From a virus: DNA of 44,914 nt. This document shows positions 1-10,690 of the stretch, one piece after another. A program made the position numbers and the translations under genes. Position 1 is the stretch's first letter; every line of letters starts with the position of its first letter. Location of the stretch: UHGV virus genome UHGV-0253772; one strand, written 5' to 3'. Below the pieces are notes generated by a model, which ran no database searches, had not been told where the DNA came from, and saw only the letters and a program-made list of their open reading frames with translations.

Positions 1-107
1 CCTAACTTCTCAGTAAACATGGGTAACACTCTACAGACACCACTGACTGATGCTGCTGTAGAGGCAACCTATGAAGAAGCAGACGAGATGAAATTTGTGC
101 TTGCTAT

Positions 108-575
108 TTATGGTATGGAAGGGTGTAAAGAAACACTTGACGCTGGAATTGTAGAAGTGTAGTCTAGCTTCTCACAACCAAAAATCCAAGTTTTAGAGTT
201 CTGGTCACGACCAAGTTCAATCTGCGGTAATTCCTGCAACCAAGCATTAATACCAGTTGCCAGAACAGAGCCTGATGGGTCGTAGATTACGAAGTTAGAA
301 GAGATATCTTCTTCAAGTTCCATATTGTCTTGTTTAGCTTGAATTGCAGAAAGCATCTGATTAGAGAGAGAAGTCTGCATTAGCTCAATCTCAATAGTAC
401 CTGTCTTGTCTGCATTTCTTGTCAGAGCAACCTGACCACCTGCACCTACAACTGGTGTAATAAGTGGTGATGTTCTCTGTAGACGTAAGAATGAATCTGG
501 AGCAAAGCCTTCAATAGCAATGCCGTTCCAGCTACACACAACGTCTTTAGGGGAATATTGCTGATACATAGCCAT
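108..575 (-). CDS. putative tail tube protein
   Basis: 155 aa ORF immediately downstream of putative sheath gene in the structural operon; ATG start verified; assignment by synteny only. Confidence 0.4.
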   Translation of the reverse strand: MAMYQQYSPKDVVCSWNGIAIEGFAPDSFLRLQRTSPLITPVVGAGGQVALTRNADKTGTIEIELMQTSLSNQMLSAIQAKQDNMELEEDISSNFVIYDPSGSVLATGINAWLQELPQIELGRDQNSKTWIFGCEKLDYTSTIPASSVSLHPSIP

Positions 576-590
576 TCCAATTTACCTCTA

Positions 591-1943
591 TTATTCGTAA
601 GCCACTGTACCTTTCAAGTCAACATCCAAGATAGCCCCTGCTAAGATACCTGCGAAGGTAACATCTTTCAGGATACGAGCTTTCTTGTCTGCCAAAGCAA
701 CTTGAGAGGCTTTAGGAACATTAACTGTGTAAGATGACAGGAAGTTTCTGTTGACTGCTCTTTGTAGAGAGGTTTCAATGACTTGACGAATACGGGTAAT
801 ACCAGTATCATCATAAGTAATCTTACCACCCTTCTGGTTAATTAGCAAGTCTCTCAGAGAAGTTTTCAGGTCTGATTCCAACCAGTCAACGCCACGGATG
901 ATATCAATCCATTCCCCACCAGAAGTAATCCCTCTACGAACCACTGGAACACCACCATCAAGGTCAATAAAGTTACAGTGACGTGCATCTAAAGCTGACT
1001 TCTGAATACTTGTCAGAGGTCTCTTATTAGCTGGCTGTAGAGAAGCAGCTACACCAGTCAACTGAGCATTACCCCAAGCAATTGACCCTGCATCGTATGG
1101 AGCACCGTAAGCAATGTATGCCATCTCTGGATAGTCTTCTGCTGCTGTGTGATGCCACAAGCAAACTGTGCGGGTATACATACTCTTAGCAAGCTGTGCT
1201 GGAACATCGTTTGCACTGTTTAATTCTGTACCTTGTAGTGCTGATACATCAGAGTTAGCAGTGAAGAAGATTTTCTTACGAGCCTGAATCTCAGAAGCCA
1301 TTGCTAAGACAAACTGTTGAGTTCTGTCTTCTGCTGCAATGAAATACCAGTCAGTTGAATAAGCTTCAATAGCTGCTAGAGCAGTTGATGCTGTATCGGC
1401 AGTTGTGCTTGCAATAGATACAGTCTGTGCTGTAGTTGTTACTTTCACAAAGTCATTATCACCAGCTTTAGTGATAATCATTGTGGCAGAACCACCGCTA
1501 CCAGTTACGTTCACAGAAACCTTATCTTTAATTGTTGGGTCAGCTTCAATCTGTGTTTTGAACTGTTGCAAAACTTTCTCAGCAGTATCTGATTCCACTG
1601 CTGTATACTGATATGGTTGAGAAATTCCACCGCCAGCAGCTACAGTAATTGAGTAGTCTGTACTTTCGGTAACAGCATCAGGAATTGATACAGTATACTG
1701 CATAGCACGTCTACCAATATAAAGCTGAGTTACTTTAGGAGTCTGACTCCAAAGTTGTTTAGCAGCCTTATATGCAGCAGAGTTTTCATCGAAATCTTCA
1801 GCAACTTCAGTTAAGGAAGTGTAACCACGCACTCTTTCTTCAAAGTTATCTGTTGAAGCTAAGAATAGTGGCAGCCCAAAACCTTCTCTTGTAGTTCCTG
1901 CGGTGTTCAATGTAATATCTACATTAACAATTGGATTCCACAT
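591..1943 (-). CDS. putative tail sheath protein
   Basis: 450 aa, S/T/A/G-rich, positioned after head-completion genes and before the small tube-like ORF as in contractile-tail phages; family recognised by composition and synteny only. Confidence 0.45.
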   Translation of the reverse strand: MWNPIVNVDITLNTAGTTREGFGLPLFLASTDNFEERVRGYTSLTEVAEDFDENSAAYKAAKQLWSQTPKVTQLYIGRRAMQYTVSIPDAVTESTDYSITVAAGGGISQPYQYTAVESDTAEKVLQQFKTQIEADPTIKDKVSVNVTGSGGSATMIITKAGDNDFVKVTTTAQTVSIASTTADTASTALAAIEAYSTDWYFIAAEDRTQQFVLAMASEIQARKKIFFTANSDVSALQGTELNSANDVPAQLAKSMYTRTVCLWHHTAAEDYPEMAYIAYGAPYDAGSIAWGNAQLTGVAASLQPANKRPLTSIQKSALDARHCNFIDLDGGVPVVRRGITSGGEWIDIIRGVDWLESDLKTSLRDLLINQKGGKITYDDTGITRIRQVIETSLQRAVNRNFLSSYTVNVPKASQVALADKKARILKDVTFAGILAGAILDVDLKGTVAYE

Positions 1944-2543
1944 TTATTTTACCCCTTTGGAGTCTACATCTAGATGGATAGTATATTCTGGCGGCTCTTG
2001 TCCTTCTTCGTAAACTAATTCACCATCCACAATGACACGCTCAATAATACTTCCACGTTCATCTTTCAGGACTGAATTTTTTACAAGAGTTACAACAAGA
2101 GGTGCAGAATTTTCGAAATCTGTATTGAGATAAGTATAGTCATTCGGGATTGCTCCAGTATCTAGTACTGTAGCCCCTGTTTCTTCAAGGATTAAATCTC
2201 TGACTGAACTCATCTCTAATCGTTGTTTAAGCTCAAGCATGATGCTGTGAGCACCCTTACCATTTACCGTAATCAATACAGGAATCTGAAAAGCAATTCT
2301 GTAGCAAACTACATCATCTTCAACAAATTTATCAAGAACCCAACCATAAGGTGTTGCAGCATCTTGACAATATACGGTAATGAATGGCTGGTCAGGTTTT
2401 AAACCTTTGTCATTTGAGTTATCAGAAGGGTAAGCTCTAATTACATTTGGTCTATTATTTTTATCACGAGCTAGTCTGTGACCAATAACATCCACTAAGG
2501 TTCTAACTAGACCTTTTTCAAGTTCTGCTGTTTCTAACTGCAT
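1944..2543 (-). CDS. hypothetical virion protein (head-tail joining or tail completion module)
   Basis: 199 aa ORF in structural operon, ATG start, overlaps upstream gene by 26 nt. Confidence 0.5.
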   Translation of the reverse strand: MQLETAELEKGLVRTLVDVIGHRLARDKNNRPNVIRAYPSDNSNDKGLKPDQPFITVYCQDAATPYGWVLDKFVEDDVVCYRIAFQIPVLITVNGKGAHSIMLELKQRLEMSSVRDLILEETGATVLDTGAIPNDYTYLNTDFENSAPLVVTLVKNSVLKDERGSIIERVIVDGELVYEEGQEPPEYTIHLDVDSKGVK

Positions 2544-2919
2544 TCATTTTATCCCTTCTAATAATGATATATTCATAATGGGACGTATGGGCTAATTGCT
2601 GTGACCAATCCATAGTCATAAATACTTCATACTCATGACCATCAATCATAACAATATCAGACTCATTCCACTCTACATCATCTGAAGTTCTAAGTTTATA
2701 TGTGGTATACAGGATTCTTGTATCGGTAAGCCTAATACCTTCCGGTAAAGCAATCTGTGTACCATTCTTTACAGAACCTTTGATATATGGCTGGATATTA
2801 CCTTTGCAGTTAACCTCTACAATATCTTGTGAAGCTACCCAATCACCATCATCATTATAATAACCATCTTCAGAGACTTTACGCTTTACTACAAAGCTGT
2901 GTCTGTTTAAGAGTCTCAT
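2518..2919 (-). CDS. hypothetical virion protein (head-tail connector module)
   Basis: 133 aa ORF, ATG start, operon position. Confidence 0.5.
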   Translation of the reverse strand: MRLLNRHSFVVKRKVSEDGYYNDDGDWVASQDIVEVNCKGNIQPYIKGSVKNGTQIALPEGIRLTDTRILYTTYKLRTSDDVEWNESDIVMIDGHEYEVFMTMDWSQQLAHTSHYEYIIIRRDKMNAVRNSRT

Positions 2920-3398
2920 TTTTTAATACCCTTCTTAGTAGAAATTTTATAAGCAAGGTTGTCTCTTAAGTCACCTGTCTCAACAAGAGGTGCATTAAAG
3001 CCTTTTTTCTTGACTGTGGAAGGTGCGTTAGGAGGGAGGATAGCAGAATTACCAAAACCTCTTTTAATTGCCTTTTGAGCATTCTTTGCAAATGCTTCTA
3101 AGGTATTTGAAGGGTCTGTGTTGAGACTGCTAAGTTGCTTATATAGATTCTTCTTAGTCTGCTCTAACAAGGTCTGTTTGTTTAGCATCATAGTGATTTC
3201 AAACAACCTACGATATACTTTACCAGAAGCTGAGGGAACCCCAATAACTTCTTGTAAATACATTAAAGCAGGATAAGAAAAACCAGAGCTATGTTGACCT
3301 TGTTCTTGAAAATACCCAACTTGAGCATTAGCCGTTTGCAAGTTCTTCATAGCCCCGACTAATTTTGCTCTAGCGGGGTGAATAACCCTTTTAACCAT
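2916..3398 (-). CDS. hypothetical virion protein (head completion module)
   Basis: 160 aa ORF, ATG start, start overlaps stop of upstream gene. Confidence 0.5.
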   Translation of the reverse strand: MVKRVIHPARAKLVGAMKNLQTANAQVGYFQEQGQHSSGFSYPALMYLQEVIGVPSASGKVYRRLFEITMMLNKQTLLEQTKKNLYKQLSSLNTDPSNTLEAFAKNAQKAIKRGFGNSAILPPNAPSTVKKKGFNAPLVETGDLRDNLAYKISTKKGIKK

Positions 3399-3847
3399 TA
3401 TTCATCTCGCTCGATAATAAATACGCCATTAACACGGTTGCAGTAATCTCTGCCTTCGTATCTGGCAGCATCACCATATTCTGTGTATTTCTTGACAGAG
3501 CAAGGATTCTGACGACGCATATCAATGTCGCACTGATTAATACCACCTGCATAGGGTAGTCCTGAAACAGAGCTTTTAACAAGGTCGTCATAAACAGCTT
3601 TCAGAGATTTGAATCTGGAAGAGTTACGTAAATAAACACCACCAACCTTCTCATCTCCCATCTTGGCTACTTGAAAGAGTAAATATTTAAGAGCTTTGAT
3701 GGCTGCTTTCTTTTCATCCTTTCCAGATTCTAGATAGAACCACTCTAGCACAGACTGCTCAATAAGAATTTCATCATTATTAGTGTCTGTGCAGAGGATT
3801 CTTACTCTATCAAGAGGGTTATTGGCTGGGTCGCCTGTATAACACAT
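3398..3847 (-). CDS. hypothetical virion protein (head-tail adaptor candidate)
   Basis: 149 aa ORF directly downstream of major capsid gene. Confidence 0.5.
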   Translation of the reverse strand: MCYTGDPANNPLDRVRILCTDTNNDEILIEQSVLEWFYLESGKDEKKAAIKALKYLLFQVAKMGDEKVGGVYLRNSSRFKSLKAVYDDLVKSSVSGLPYAGGINQCDIDMRRQNPCSVKKYTEYGDAARYEGRDYCNRVNGVFIIERDE

Positions 3848-3868
3848 TAATAACCCTCCTTAAGAATA

Positions 3869-4972
3869 TTAGTCTTTGGCGTCAGCACGAACATCTACCA
3901 GCAACTGAGGACGAGTACAGTATGGCAGCATGTAAGAGTGAGCTTCAAAGTCAATACCTTCGTCACGGTCTTTTTCGTATTCGAATACGTACAGTTCCTG
4001 ACCAAGTGTATTTGCGTAACCCATCTTAGGACATGGACCATAAGCCACTTCGAAGATGTTGTTTGCTTCACCCAGCATAGAAACGTTAGGGAAGGCATGA
4101 CCAACACCAACAGTTGCTGCTGCACCATCAATGCTCACCAGAGTGTGAACCTTACCGCGCTTGTCTTTGAACTTACCGTTGTACTGGACAAACTTAACAC
4201 CACCGTAGTAGAAGGTGTTCATATGAGCCTGAACGCCGTCAGTACCACCAGTTCTCAGAGAACCAGTAATCTGTTGCCAAGCCAGCGGAGTCTGCTGTGC
4301 AAGATAAGCGTCACGAATCTTAGGATGTTTAGTCAGCTTGCTGAAGAACACACGGTCAACAACTACGTGAATTTCTTCACCGTTGATTACAGTGCCAGTC
4401 TTAGCTTCATCTTCCATGTGCATACGCAGTTCTTCAATAGAAGCGTCGATATCCGCATTAGGGTTGTCAAGGTCGAAGTAAACAGTCTTCTTCTCAACAT
4501 CGAACTGCTTGTACAGGTCAGCGTACAGAGTACCACGAGCATCGACAACTTTACCCTTCAGAGCTTGCATAAACAGGAACTCACGAGTAATATCGAACTT
4601 GGTACGAATCTTCATCAGCTTCTTAGCACGTACTACAGCTTCAGTAGTAAGCTCGTTTGCAGTGCCTGGCTGACGTACACCCTGAATTTCATCAGGAGTG
4701 ATGCTTTCAACTTCTTTGAAGTACATCATTGGGAAGCTGATTTGACGAACACGCTCAGGTGCGCTAGTCTCTGCTTTACGGCTATCACGGTCTACCGCAT
4801 CAAGCAAGCTAACATCCCAATCAGTCAAGTCCATAAGGAAAGTAGTTTGGGTGATTGGTGCTGAACGGAACAGACCTAAGTTGGAAATATACCCATAAGT
4901 ATTTGGGATAGACTGGACTTCACCAGTCAGGTCAGCAAGGAAAAATCTGCTTTTTTCAGAATTAGTCAACAT
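3869..4972 (-). CDS. major capsid protein (lambda gpE-like family)
   Basis: 367 aa, follows protease and decoration-like genes; sequence pattern resembles gpE-type capsid proteins; ATG start verified. Confidence 0.75.
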   Translation of the reverse strand: MLTNSEKSRFFLADLTGEVQSIPNTYGYISNLGLFRSAPITQTTFLMDLTDWDVSLLDAVDRDSRKAETSAPERVRQISFPMMYFKEVESITPDEIQGVRQPGTANELTTEAVVRAKKLMKIRTKFDITREFLFMQALKGKVVDARGTLYADLYKQFDVEKKTVYFDLDNPNADIDASIEELRMHMEDEAKTGTVINGEEIHVVVDRVFFSKLTKHPKIRDAYLAQQTPLAWQQITGSLRTGGTDGVQAHMNTFYYGGVKFVQYNGKFKDKRGKVHTLVSIDGAAATVGVGHAFPNVSMLGEANNIFEVAYGPCPKMGYANTLGQELYVFEYEKDRDEGIDFEAHSYMLPYCTRPQLLVDVRADAKD

Positions 4973-5005
4973 TGTAAAATTCTCCAGAATGTCTTATTAT
5001 TGTTA

Positions 5006-5383
5006 TTACAGGCCAGTTGGTACGAAATCAATACCTTTAGCAGCCAGAGCTTTCTTGACGTTCTCAGCATTAACACCAGACTCAAGAGTAAGCATGTCTT
5101 TCAGTTCTGCATCACGGTAAATACCAACAACTTTCAACTGACCGTGGTAAGACAGTTGCAGGTCTGCATAAAAGTTAACGATACATACAGAATCAGCCTG
5201 AGTTTCTTCCCCTGCTGCAACTTTAGTACCATCTGCTTTCAGAACTTCACCTACACGGTATTCTGTTGAAGCAACTGGAGTGTACTCTTTACGAGAGTGG
5301 CCTGTTGGGGTAATCTGTTCCCAAAGAATGATATCATTCAGAGGTTCTCTTTTACCTAGCTTAGTAAAACCTTCATATGCCAT
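5006..5383 (-). CDS. head decoration-like protein
   Basis: 125 aa ORF between prohead protease and major capsid gene, the typical decoration position in gpD/gpE-type modules. Confidence 0.45.
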   Translation of the reverse strand: MAYEGFTKLGKREPLNDIILWEQITPTGHSRKEYTPVASTEYRVGEVLKADGTKVAAGEETQADSVCIVNFYADLQLSYHGQLKVVGIYRDAELKDMLTLESGVNAENVKKALAAKGIDFVPTGL

Positions 5384-5394
5384 TATTGTGTTCC

Positions 5395-6741
5395 TTATTT
5401 AATAAGAGATTTTAGAGCATTCTGGAGAGCCAGTTTGCGTTGTTCAGCGGTGTCTTCGGAAGCATTCTTAGCTGGTTCGTTTTCTTCTTCAACCAAATCA
5501 GCTTCGCCGTCATTACCCATTTCTTCCATAGCGTTGGAATGTTCAAGAACAGCACCAGCAGTTTCTTTCAGCTTGGTAATTTCTGATTCTTTTTCTTCCA
5601 TTGCAGAAGCGTGGGACGCGATAGTTTCATTAAGTTTCTGGTTAGCACCTTCCATAGCATTCATAAACAGAACACTCAGAGGGTTATCAAGACCAGCACC
5701 TAAAATAGTTGTTGCAGCTTCTTTTGCATCAAATCCAAAAGCTTCAGCAGAAGCAGAAATCTTATTAGTCAAATCTGACAAAGCAGCTTCCTGTTCTTTG
5801 GCTTTCATTTGAGCAACCTGAAGACGCAAAGCTTCTAGTTCTTGCTTTTCTTGTTCAGTCATTTCTTCACCTGAATTGTTAACGTTTAAACTTACAGGAG
5901 CCTCTTCAGAACCTTGTAAGTAATTTAAGAAATCATCTTGAGACATGATTGAGTTAATTAAACCAAGTTCAAGAGCTTCCTGAGCAGAATAAACATTCGC
6001 CTCAGTATTCTTTACAGCTTCTTCAGAGAGATTACGAGATTCAGCTACAAAACCTGTAAAGGTTGCGTAGGTATCATTAATTCTCTTTTGAAGTCTTTCT
6101 TTGCTTTCTTCTGAAAGTGCTTGGAATGGTGAACCCATACCTTTAAACTCACCAGCTTTGATGACGTTAATTGTTACGCCATTCTTTTCAAATGCCTTAG
6201 TTAATTCCTGATGAACCATGATTACACCAATAGAACCAACATCTGCATCTGGTGATGCAATAATTTCTTCAGCAGAAGATGCAAGAGCGTATGCAGCGGA
6301 ACAAGCGAACTCATCTACATAAGCAATAATTTTCTTTTGGCCTCTTGAAGCCATAATGTGACGTGCTAATTCAAAGCAACCTGAAGCTTCACCACCACCG
6401 GAATCAATATGCAGAACAATAGTCTTAATTGACTCATCTGCTAAAGCTTCGTCAAAGCCTCTGCGTAAACCTTCATAAGAGCTTAAACCACCTGTACACA
6501 TTGCATCAATGAATGTCATACGATGAGTTAAGCCACCCATAATAGGGATAATAGCAATATCATCTTTTACTTTTAAAAGACTTCTTGCTTCACCTTTGGG
6601 TTTATCAAAGTTTACTGCTGCTTGGACATCACCCAGCAATCTGTTATTCACATAAGTTGCTGCTGAGTGAGCTAATGATTCAGTGGCTAGTAAAGGTTGG
6701 TTGAATAATCTATCAGCAAGTCTGAAGATATTCGAACTCAT
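5395..6741 (-). CDS. prohead protease (S49/ClpP-like) fused to C-terminal scaffold-like coiled coil
   Basis: N-terminal half has S49 peptidase-like motifs (HIDSGGGE, GSIGVI); C-terminal 170 aa are E/K/A-rich helical, typical of scaffold. Confidence 0.75.
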   Translation of the reverse strand: MSSNIFRLADRLFNQPLLATESLAHSAATYVNNRLLGDVQAAVNFDKPKGEARSLLKVKDDIAIIPIMGGLTHRMTFIDAMCTGGLSSYEGLRRGFDEALADESIKTIVLHIDSGGGEASGCFELARHIMASRGQKKIIAYVDEFACSAAYALASSAEEIIASPDADVGSIGVIMVHQELTKAFEKNGVTINVIKAGEFKGMGSPFQALSEESKERLQKRINDTYATFTGFVAESRNLSEEAVKNTEANVYSAQEALELGLINSIMSQDDFLNYLQGSEEAPVSLNVNNSGEEMTEQEKQELEALRLQVAQMKAKEQEAALSDLTNKISASAEAFGFDAKEAATTILGAGLDNPLSVLFMNAMEGANQKLNETIASHASAMEEKESEITKLKETAGAVLEHSNAMEEMGNDGEADLVEEENEPAKNASEDTAEQRKLALQNALKSLIK

Positions 6742-6752
6742 TTTTACTCACC

Positions 6753-7085
6753 CTATTTGTTTAAATCTACAGAGACTGAAGAGATAACATAGATACCTTC
6801 TTCAGCAAAGAATTGAGGTTTGCTAAGAGCACCAGTTGCCACGCATTTATCGTTGGCATCCCACAAGCTATAGTGTGAGACCGTTGCAGAAGCTGGGACA
6901 GTAATATTAACTGTGTCTTCTGAGGCAATTAAGCCATTATCCGGTTCAGAAAAATAAATAGCCACTGGATGAGTAACCTTATTTGCTGTAGGGTCTGCCG
7001 TTGGGTCTACATTGTGTAAAATAATAGTCGTTGGGGTTAGCGTGGCGAGGATTTTATTCTTACCATCAATAGTTAATGTTCCCAT
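6753..7085 (-). CDS. hypothetical protein
   Basis: 110 aa ORF, ATG start, between portal and protease. Confidence 0.5.
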   Translation of the reverse strand: MGTLTIDGKNKILATLTPTTIILHNVDPTADPTANKVTHPVAIYFSEPDNGLIASEDTVNITVPASATVSHYSLWDANDKCVATGALSKPQFFAEEGIYVISSVSVDLNK

Positions 7086-7585
7086 TAATTAAACCTTACT
7101 TTTTGTTTAAGGACTGTTGAATGGTTACCAGATTCATCTACCACATTTACAATCATATCATATACTTTACCTTTGACAAGTACTTTGTAATCATTTTGTG
7201 AAAAAATGTATTCAAGTCTGTTTGTTTCTTTATTAACTATCATTGGAGATTGAAATGCAGTGTCGAGGGTAATGAAAGAGGCTTCAATGCTATTAACATT
7301 GATACGTTTATTCTCGCAGTTATATAACTTTACACCCAAAAGGCATGAACTGTCAAATGGAATTTTAACAATTTCACTACAATTTCCTGAAATAAACGAT
7401 TTTCCACTCATTGGTGCATCAAGTAACCTGCAAATAGTGAAAACGTCAGAGATTCCACCATCACTAACATAACCTGAAAGGCTGACCCTTGAGCCAGCCT
7501 CTACAGATAACTTATCAGTAATGATAAGGACACCTCTATACGAATGCACTCGTGTAGCATTTGAAATAGAGATAACTTCAGCCAT
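7085..7585 (-). CDS. hypothetical protein
   Basis: 166 aa ORF, ATG start overlapping portal stop (TAATG). Confidence 0.5.
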   Translation of the reverse strand: MAEVISISNATRVHSYRGVLIITDKLSVEAGSRVSLSGYVSDGGISDVFTICRLLDAPMSGKSFISGNCSEIVKIPFDSSCLLGVKLYNCENKRINVNSIEASFITLDTAFQSPMIVNKETNRLEYIFSQNDYKVLVKGKVYDMIVNVVDESGNHSTVLKQKVRFN

Positions 7586-9051
7586 TATTTATTTGCCTTA
7601 TTTGCTGTGCTTGGGTCTTTCGCTGAAGGTGTCTTTGCAGTACCTTCTCCAGCGGTCTTATAACCATCTCCTGAACGGCTTTGGCTATTCGGAGAAAGCT
7701 TTTCAGATACTGGCTGAGACTCATCAGCAGGAGGAAGACCAATATGCTCTCTAAGTTTGTTAGATAGCTCTTTGTCAACTTCCAAAGCACCTACTGCAAC
7801 AGTCTTCTGAATATAAGAACCAATTGCTTCAAGGTCTGGAGTTTCAATATCATCATATGTGATTTGCACATGTTCTTCATCATCCCACATATTAAGAGCA
7901 TAAGTCTGTGCAACTAAGTCACGGTTAATTACGTTCTTAATTTGCTTCAGCAGAATATCTACTGACATTGCTAATAAGCTTGTCTTAGAATCTGCAAGAG
8001 AGAATGAACCGTATTTTGACTGACCCATAGCAAGAACATCTGACATAAATGCCATCATAATCTGCTTAGAATATCTGTCAATGATAGAGCCTGTGTCATA
8101 TGCTTTAGCACCCTGTCTAGAAACTAATGAGAACTCAAAAATATCCTCTTTAGTATCTGGGTCGATATATCTAGGCCAGATTAAACCTGCTCTGTCATTA
8201 GCAATCATGTCATTAACAACAGTTTTGCAGTATTGTACGAAAGCTTTCTTTTCAGGTTCTGCATTTTCATCTAGATAGTCTGGTGGTAAACCAATCTTTG
8301 GCATACCTACTAAGTCTCTTGAAACACCAACAGCCTCATACTCTTCAATCTGTACTTTATATTTCCACGGTACATAAGCATTAAGTAATGGTGAACGACC
8401 TTCTGGATTTCCATATTCATCGTCATACTTAAACAGCATAAACTTAGCTCGTGGAAGTTTTCTTGTTAGAGGTCTCTCTCCAAGATTGATTGCTCCAGCA
8501 ATATGTGAAACATTTCTCAGATTCTGTCTAACACCAGTAACTTTTCTAAAGTCTTCGTCAAAATACCACTTATCAAGTGTTGACTGGTTTCTGATTGGTA
8601 ATTTAGCCCACCCAATTAGACCATCATCAAATTTTGACTGGTACTTTCCTTTTTTACCCTGACGTTTCTTATAAACCTTTTCGTTAACACAGAACCCATA
8701 AGTGCAGAATGACATTACAGAGTTAATAAAATCTGCCCAATCATGCTCCATGTCATCCATTAAAGAATTAAAGAAGTCTGCTCTTTCAAGCATTTTAGGG
8801 TCTTGCTCTTTTCCCTTTGGAGGTACGAATCTCCAGTTGACTTTTCTGACAAACATCTTAATAATATTTACAGATGCTGCTACAGCAGGGTCACGCATCA
8901 TTAATTGGAAAGTTTTAATACTTTCAGGGAACCTTAGTGCCTGACGAGGTTCTTCATAGATTCTTCCATTCTTAACCTTCAGACCCAAAGAACCTACTTC
9001 ACCCATTCTAAATGGTGGTAAGCTTTCTTGTGTTTCTGTAATATCTGCCAT
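7585..9051 (-). CDS. portal protein
   Basis: 488 aa directly downstream of large terminase; ATG at 9051 preceded by AGGTGAG; the ORF-track start at 9060 is a GTG. Confidence 0.65.
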   Translation of the reverse strand: MADITETQESLPPFRMGEVGSLGLKVKNGRIYEEPRQALRFPESIKTFQLMMRDPAVAASVNIIKMFVRKVNWRFVPPKGKEQDPKMLERADFFNSLMDDMEHDWADFINSVMSFCTYGFCVNEKVYKKRQGKKGKYQSKFDDGLIGWAKLPIRNQSTLDKWYFDEDFRKVTGVRQNLRNVSHIAGAINLGERPLTRKLPRAKFMLFKYDDEYGNPEGRSPLLNAYVPWKYKVQIEEYEAVGVSRDLVGMPKIGLPPDYLDENAEPEKKAFVQYCKTVVNDMIANDRAGLIWPRYIDPDTKEDIFEFSLVSRQGAKAYDTGSIIDRYSKQIMMAFMSDVLAMGQSKYGSFSLADSKTSLLAMSVDILLKQIKNVINRDLVAQTYALNMWDDEEHVQITYDDIETPDLEAIGSYIQKTVAVGALEVDKELSNKLREHIGLPPADESQPVSEKLSPNSQSRSGDGYKTAGEGTAKTPSAKDPSTANKANK

Positions 9052-9067
9052 TCTTCTCACCTAGCTA

Positions 9068-10669
9068 TCAACGTCTAAGCCCCTCATATGGGTTCCCTCT
9101 CACTAAGTCTGTGTGAGCACCCATTGATGGTGGCTTGAATAATTTAACTTCGTTAAGACTGTTGAAAGCATCACTGGTAGCATCCACTTGGTCATCTTTA
9201 GTTTTACCATCACCACAAAAGCCTTCAAGCTCTTGGAAGTAAGCTTCATTCCAGCTACCTCTCAAGACTTTTACAAGTCCAGCTTCAGAAGCAGCAGAAA
9301 ATCCCGCAAAGCGGGTAACTTTATCTTTATTTGTTGGTTTAGCTCTTGCGCGATAACCTTTCTCGGCAAGTTTCCTGATGAGGGATGTTGCATAGGATTT
9401 ACCAGCAGCGCCTGGGTCTTGAGGGATAAAAATACCAGTTCGCTTACCGTCACTTTCAGCAGTCAAATTAATTTGTGTTTCGACTCCAGAGGGTCTATCT
9501 CTAAATCTTACTACATCAATGATATAATAGCAACCGTCTTTTTTAGATTTACCCATCTTAACACCCGCTGTCCAGTCTGGGTTAGGGTTAATTTCAGATG
9601 GTAAAGTCGCTGCTAAGTCCCATGCTCTGACATCAAACACATCTTCTGGTAGTGAATCAACAATCTCACACCATTGTCTTTGCCAATAGTTTGAACCTTC
9701 TGCACGAGCCTTCCAGTTACCGAAACGAAGTCTTGCAACGTTTACAGGTGTGTTGTTTTCCAACTTACCACGATACTTAGGTTCCAAGAAGTCAAGAATT
9801 GGGTTATCATCAATCGTACCAGAGATGAAGGTGTATGTCTGAGGAATCTCAAGAGGGAACATTTCAAGAATCTTGTCTCTCTCCCAATCAGAAACCATCA
9901 CACCATCATTCATAACATACCAACGAATACGACCACATTTCTCAGGGTCTGGGTAACCTTCTTCATCTAAGAATGGCTCTACCCAATCATAAATGAAGTG
10001 GTCTCTATCTGGGTTCATAGAAATCTTCATGTATGAATCCCCTTCAGCACCAGAACGTAGACGGGTCTGTAGGTATGAAATCTGTGAAGCTGAGAAGTGT
10101 GTACCTTCGTCAAAGTAAATAGCTGAGTATTCAATACCCTGATGACCTTCAGCGTGCTTTTCAAGCTCTAAGTAGGTGAACTTAATAGTTGCCCCAGAAG
10201 GGAATGTGATAGTCATTTTCTGCTCGTGAGGAATCCCACCAAACTTACCAAATAGTTTCTTTGCAGCAGGCCATAAACCACCTTGTAACTGTGTTGTATT
10301 TCGACGGAAATATACAGCATTATAGTTAGGGTCTTCAATAAATCTTAAAGAGTCCATTAACAATGCAGCAGTTTTACCAGCACCAGCAGCACCACCATAT
10401 AAAACCAAGTCAGCATTAGTATTTAAAAACACCTCTTGAGAACCCGGTTGAGGGGCTACATAATTCTTATCAGTCATCAATTTGAAGATAAGTCTAACTT
10501 GGTCTGGTGTGTATCTTAATAAAGTCAGAATTTGAGTTGGAAGGAATTTAGAGGGGTCTTTACCGAATGATTTGATAATTTCTTTTACTTCATCAGAAAG
10601 CCCCAACTCTCCAGCTAGGACTTTCCTAACGTCTTCCACTCGCTTCTGCTTAACAGCATTTAAGTCCAT
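9068..10669 (-). CDS. terL: terminase large subunit
   Basis: Walker A motif YGGAAGAGKT, C-terminal nuclease-like acidic region; ATG at 10669 preceded by GGAGGTG; the ORF-track start at 10684 is a TTG. Confidence 0.85.
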   Translation of the reverse strand: MDLNAVKQKRVEDVRKVLAGELGLSDEVKEIIKSFGKDPSKFLPTQILTLLRYTPDQVRLIFKLMTDKNYVAPQPGSQEVFLNTNADLVLYGGAAGAGKTAALLMDSLRFIEDPNYNAVYFRRNTTQLQGGLWPAAKKLFGKFGGIPHEQKMTITFPSGATIKFTYLELEKHAEGHQGIEYSAIYFDEGTHFSASQISYLQTRLRSGAEGDSYMKISMNPDRDHFIYDWVEPFLDEEGYPDPEKCGRIRWYVMNDGVMVSDWERDKILEMFPLEIPQTYTFISGTIDDNPILDFLEPKYRGKLENNTPVNVARLRFGNWKARAEGSNYWQRQWCEIVDSLPEDVFDVRAWDLAATLPSEINPNPDWTAGVKMGKSKKDGCYYIIDVVRFRDRPSGVETQINLTAESDGKRTGIFIPQDPGAAGKSYATSLIRKLAEKGYRARAKPTNKDKVTRFAGFSAASEAGLVKVLRGSWNEAYFQELEGFCGDGKTKDDQVDATSDAFNSLNEVKLFKPPSMGAHTDLVRGNPYEGLRR

Positions 10670-10690
10670 TAAGCACCTCCGCAAATAGAA

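Noticed and set aside
3938-4864. 308 aa plus-strand ORF antisense to the major capsid gene
   Set aside because: Low-complexity, C/F-rich translation with no RBS; lies entirely inside a well-supported minus-strand gene. The same applies to the other antisense ORFs in the structural module (1405-1611, 3895-4131, 5000-5269, 5435-5812, 7260-7472, 8081-8278, 8702-8944, 9188-9604).
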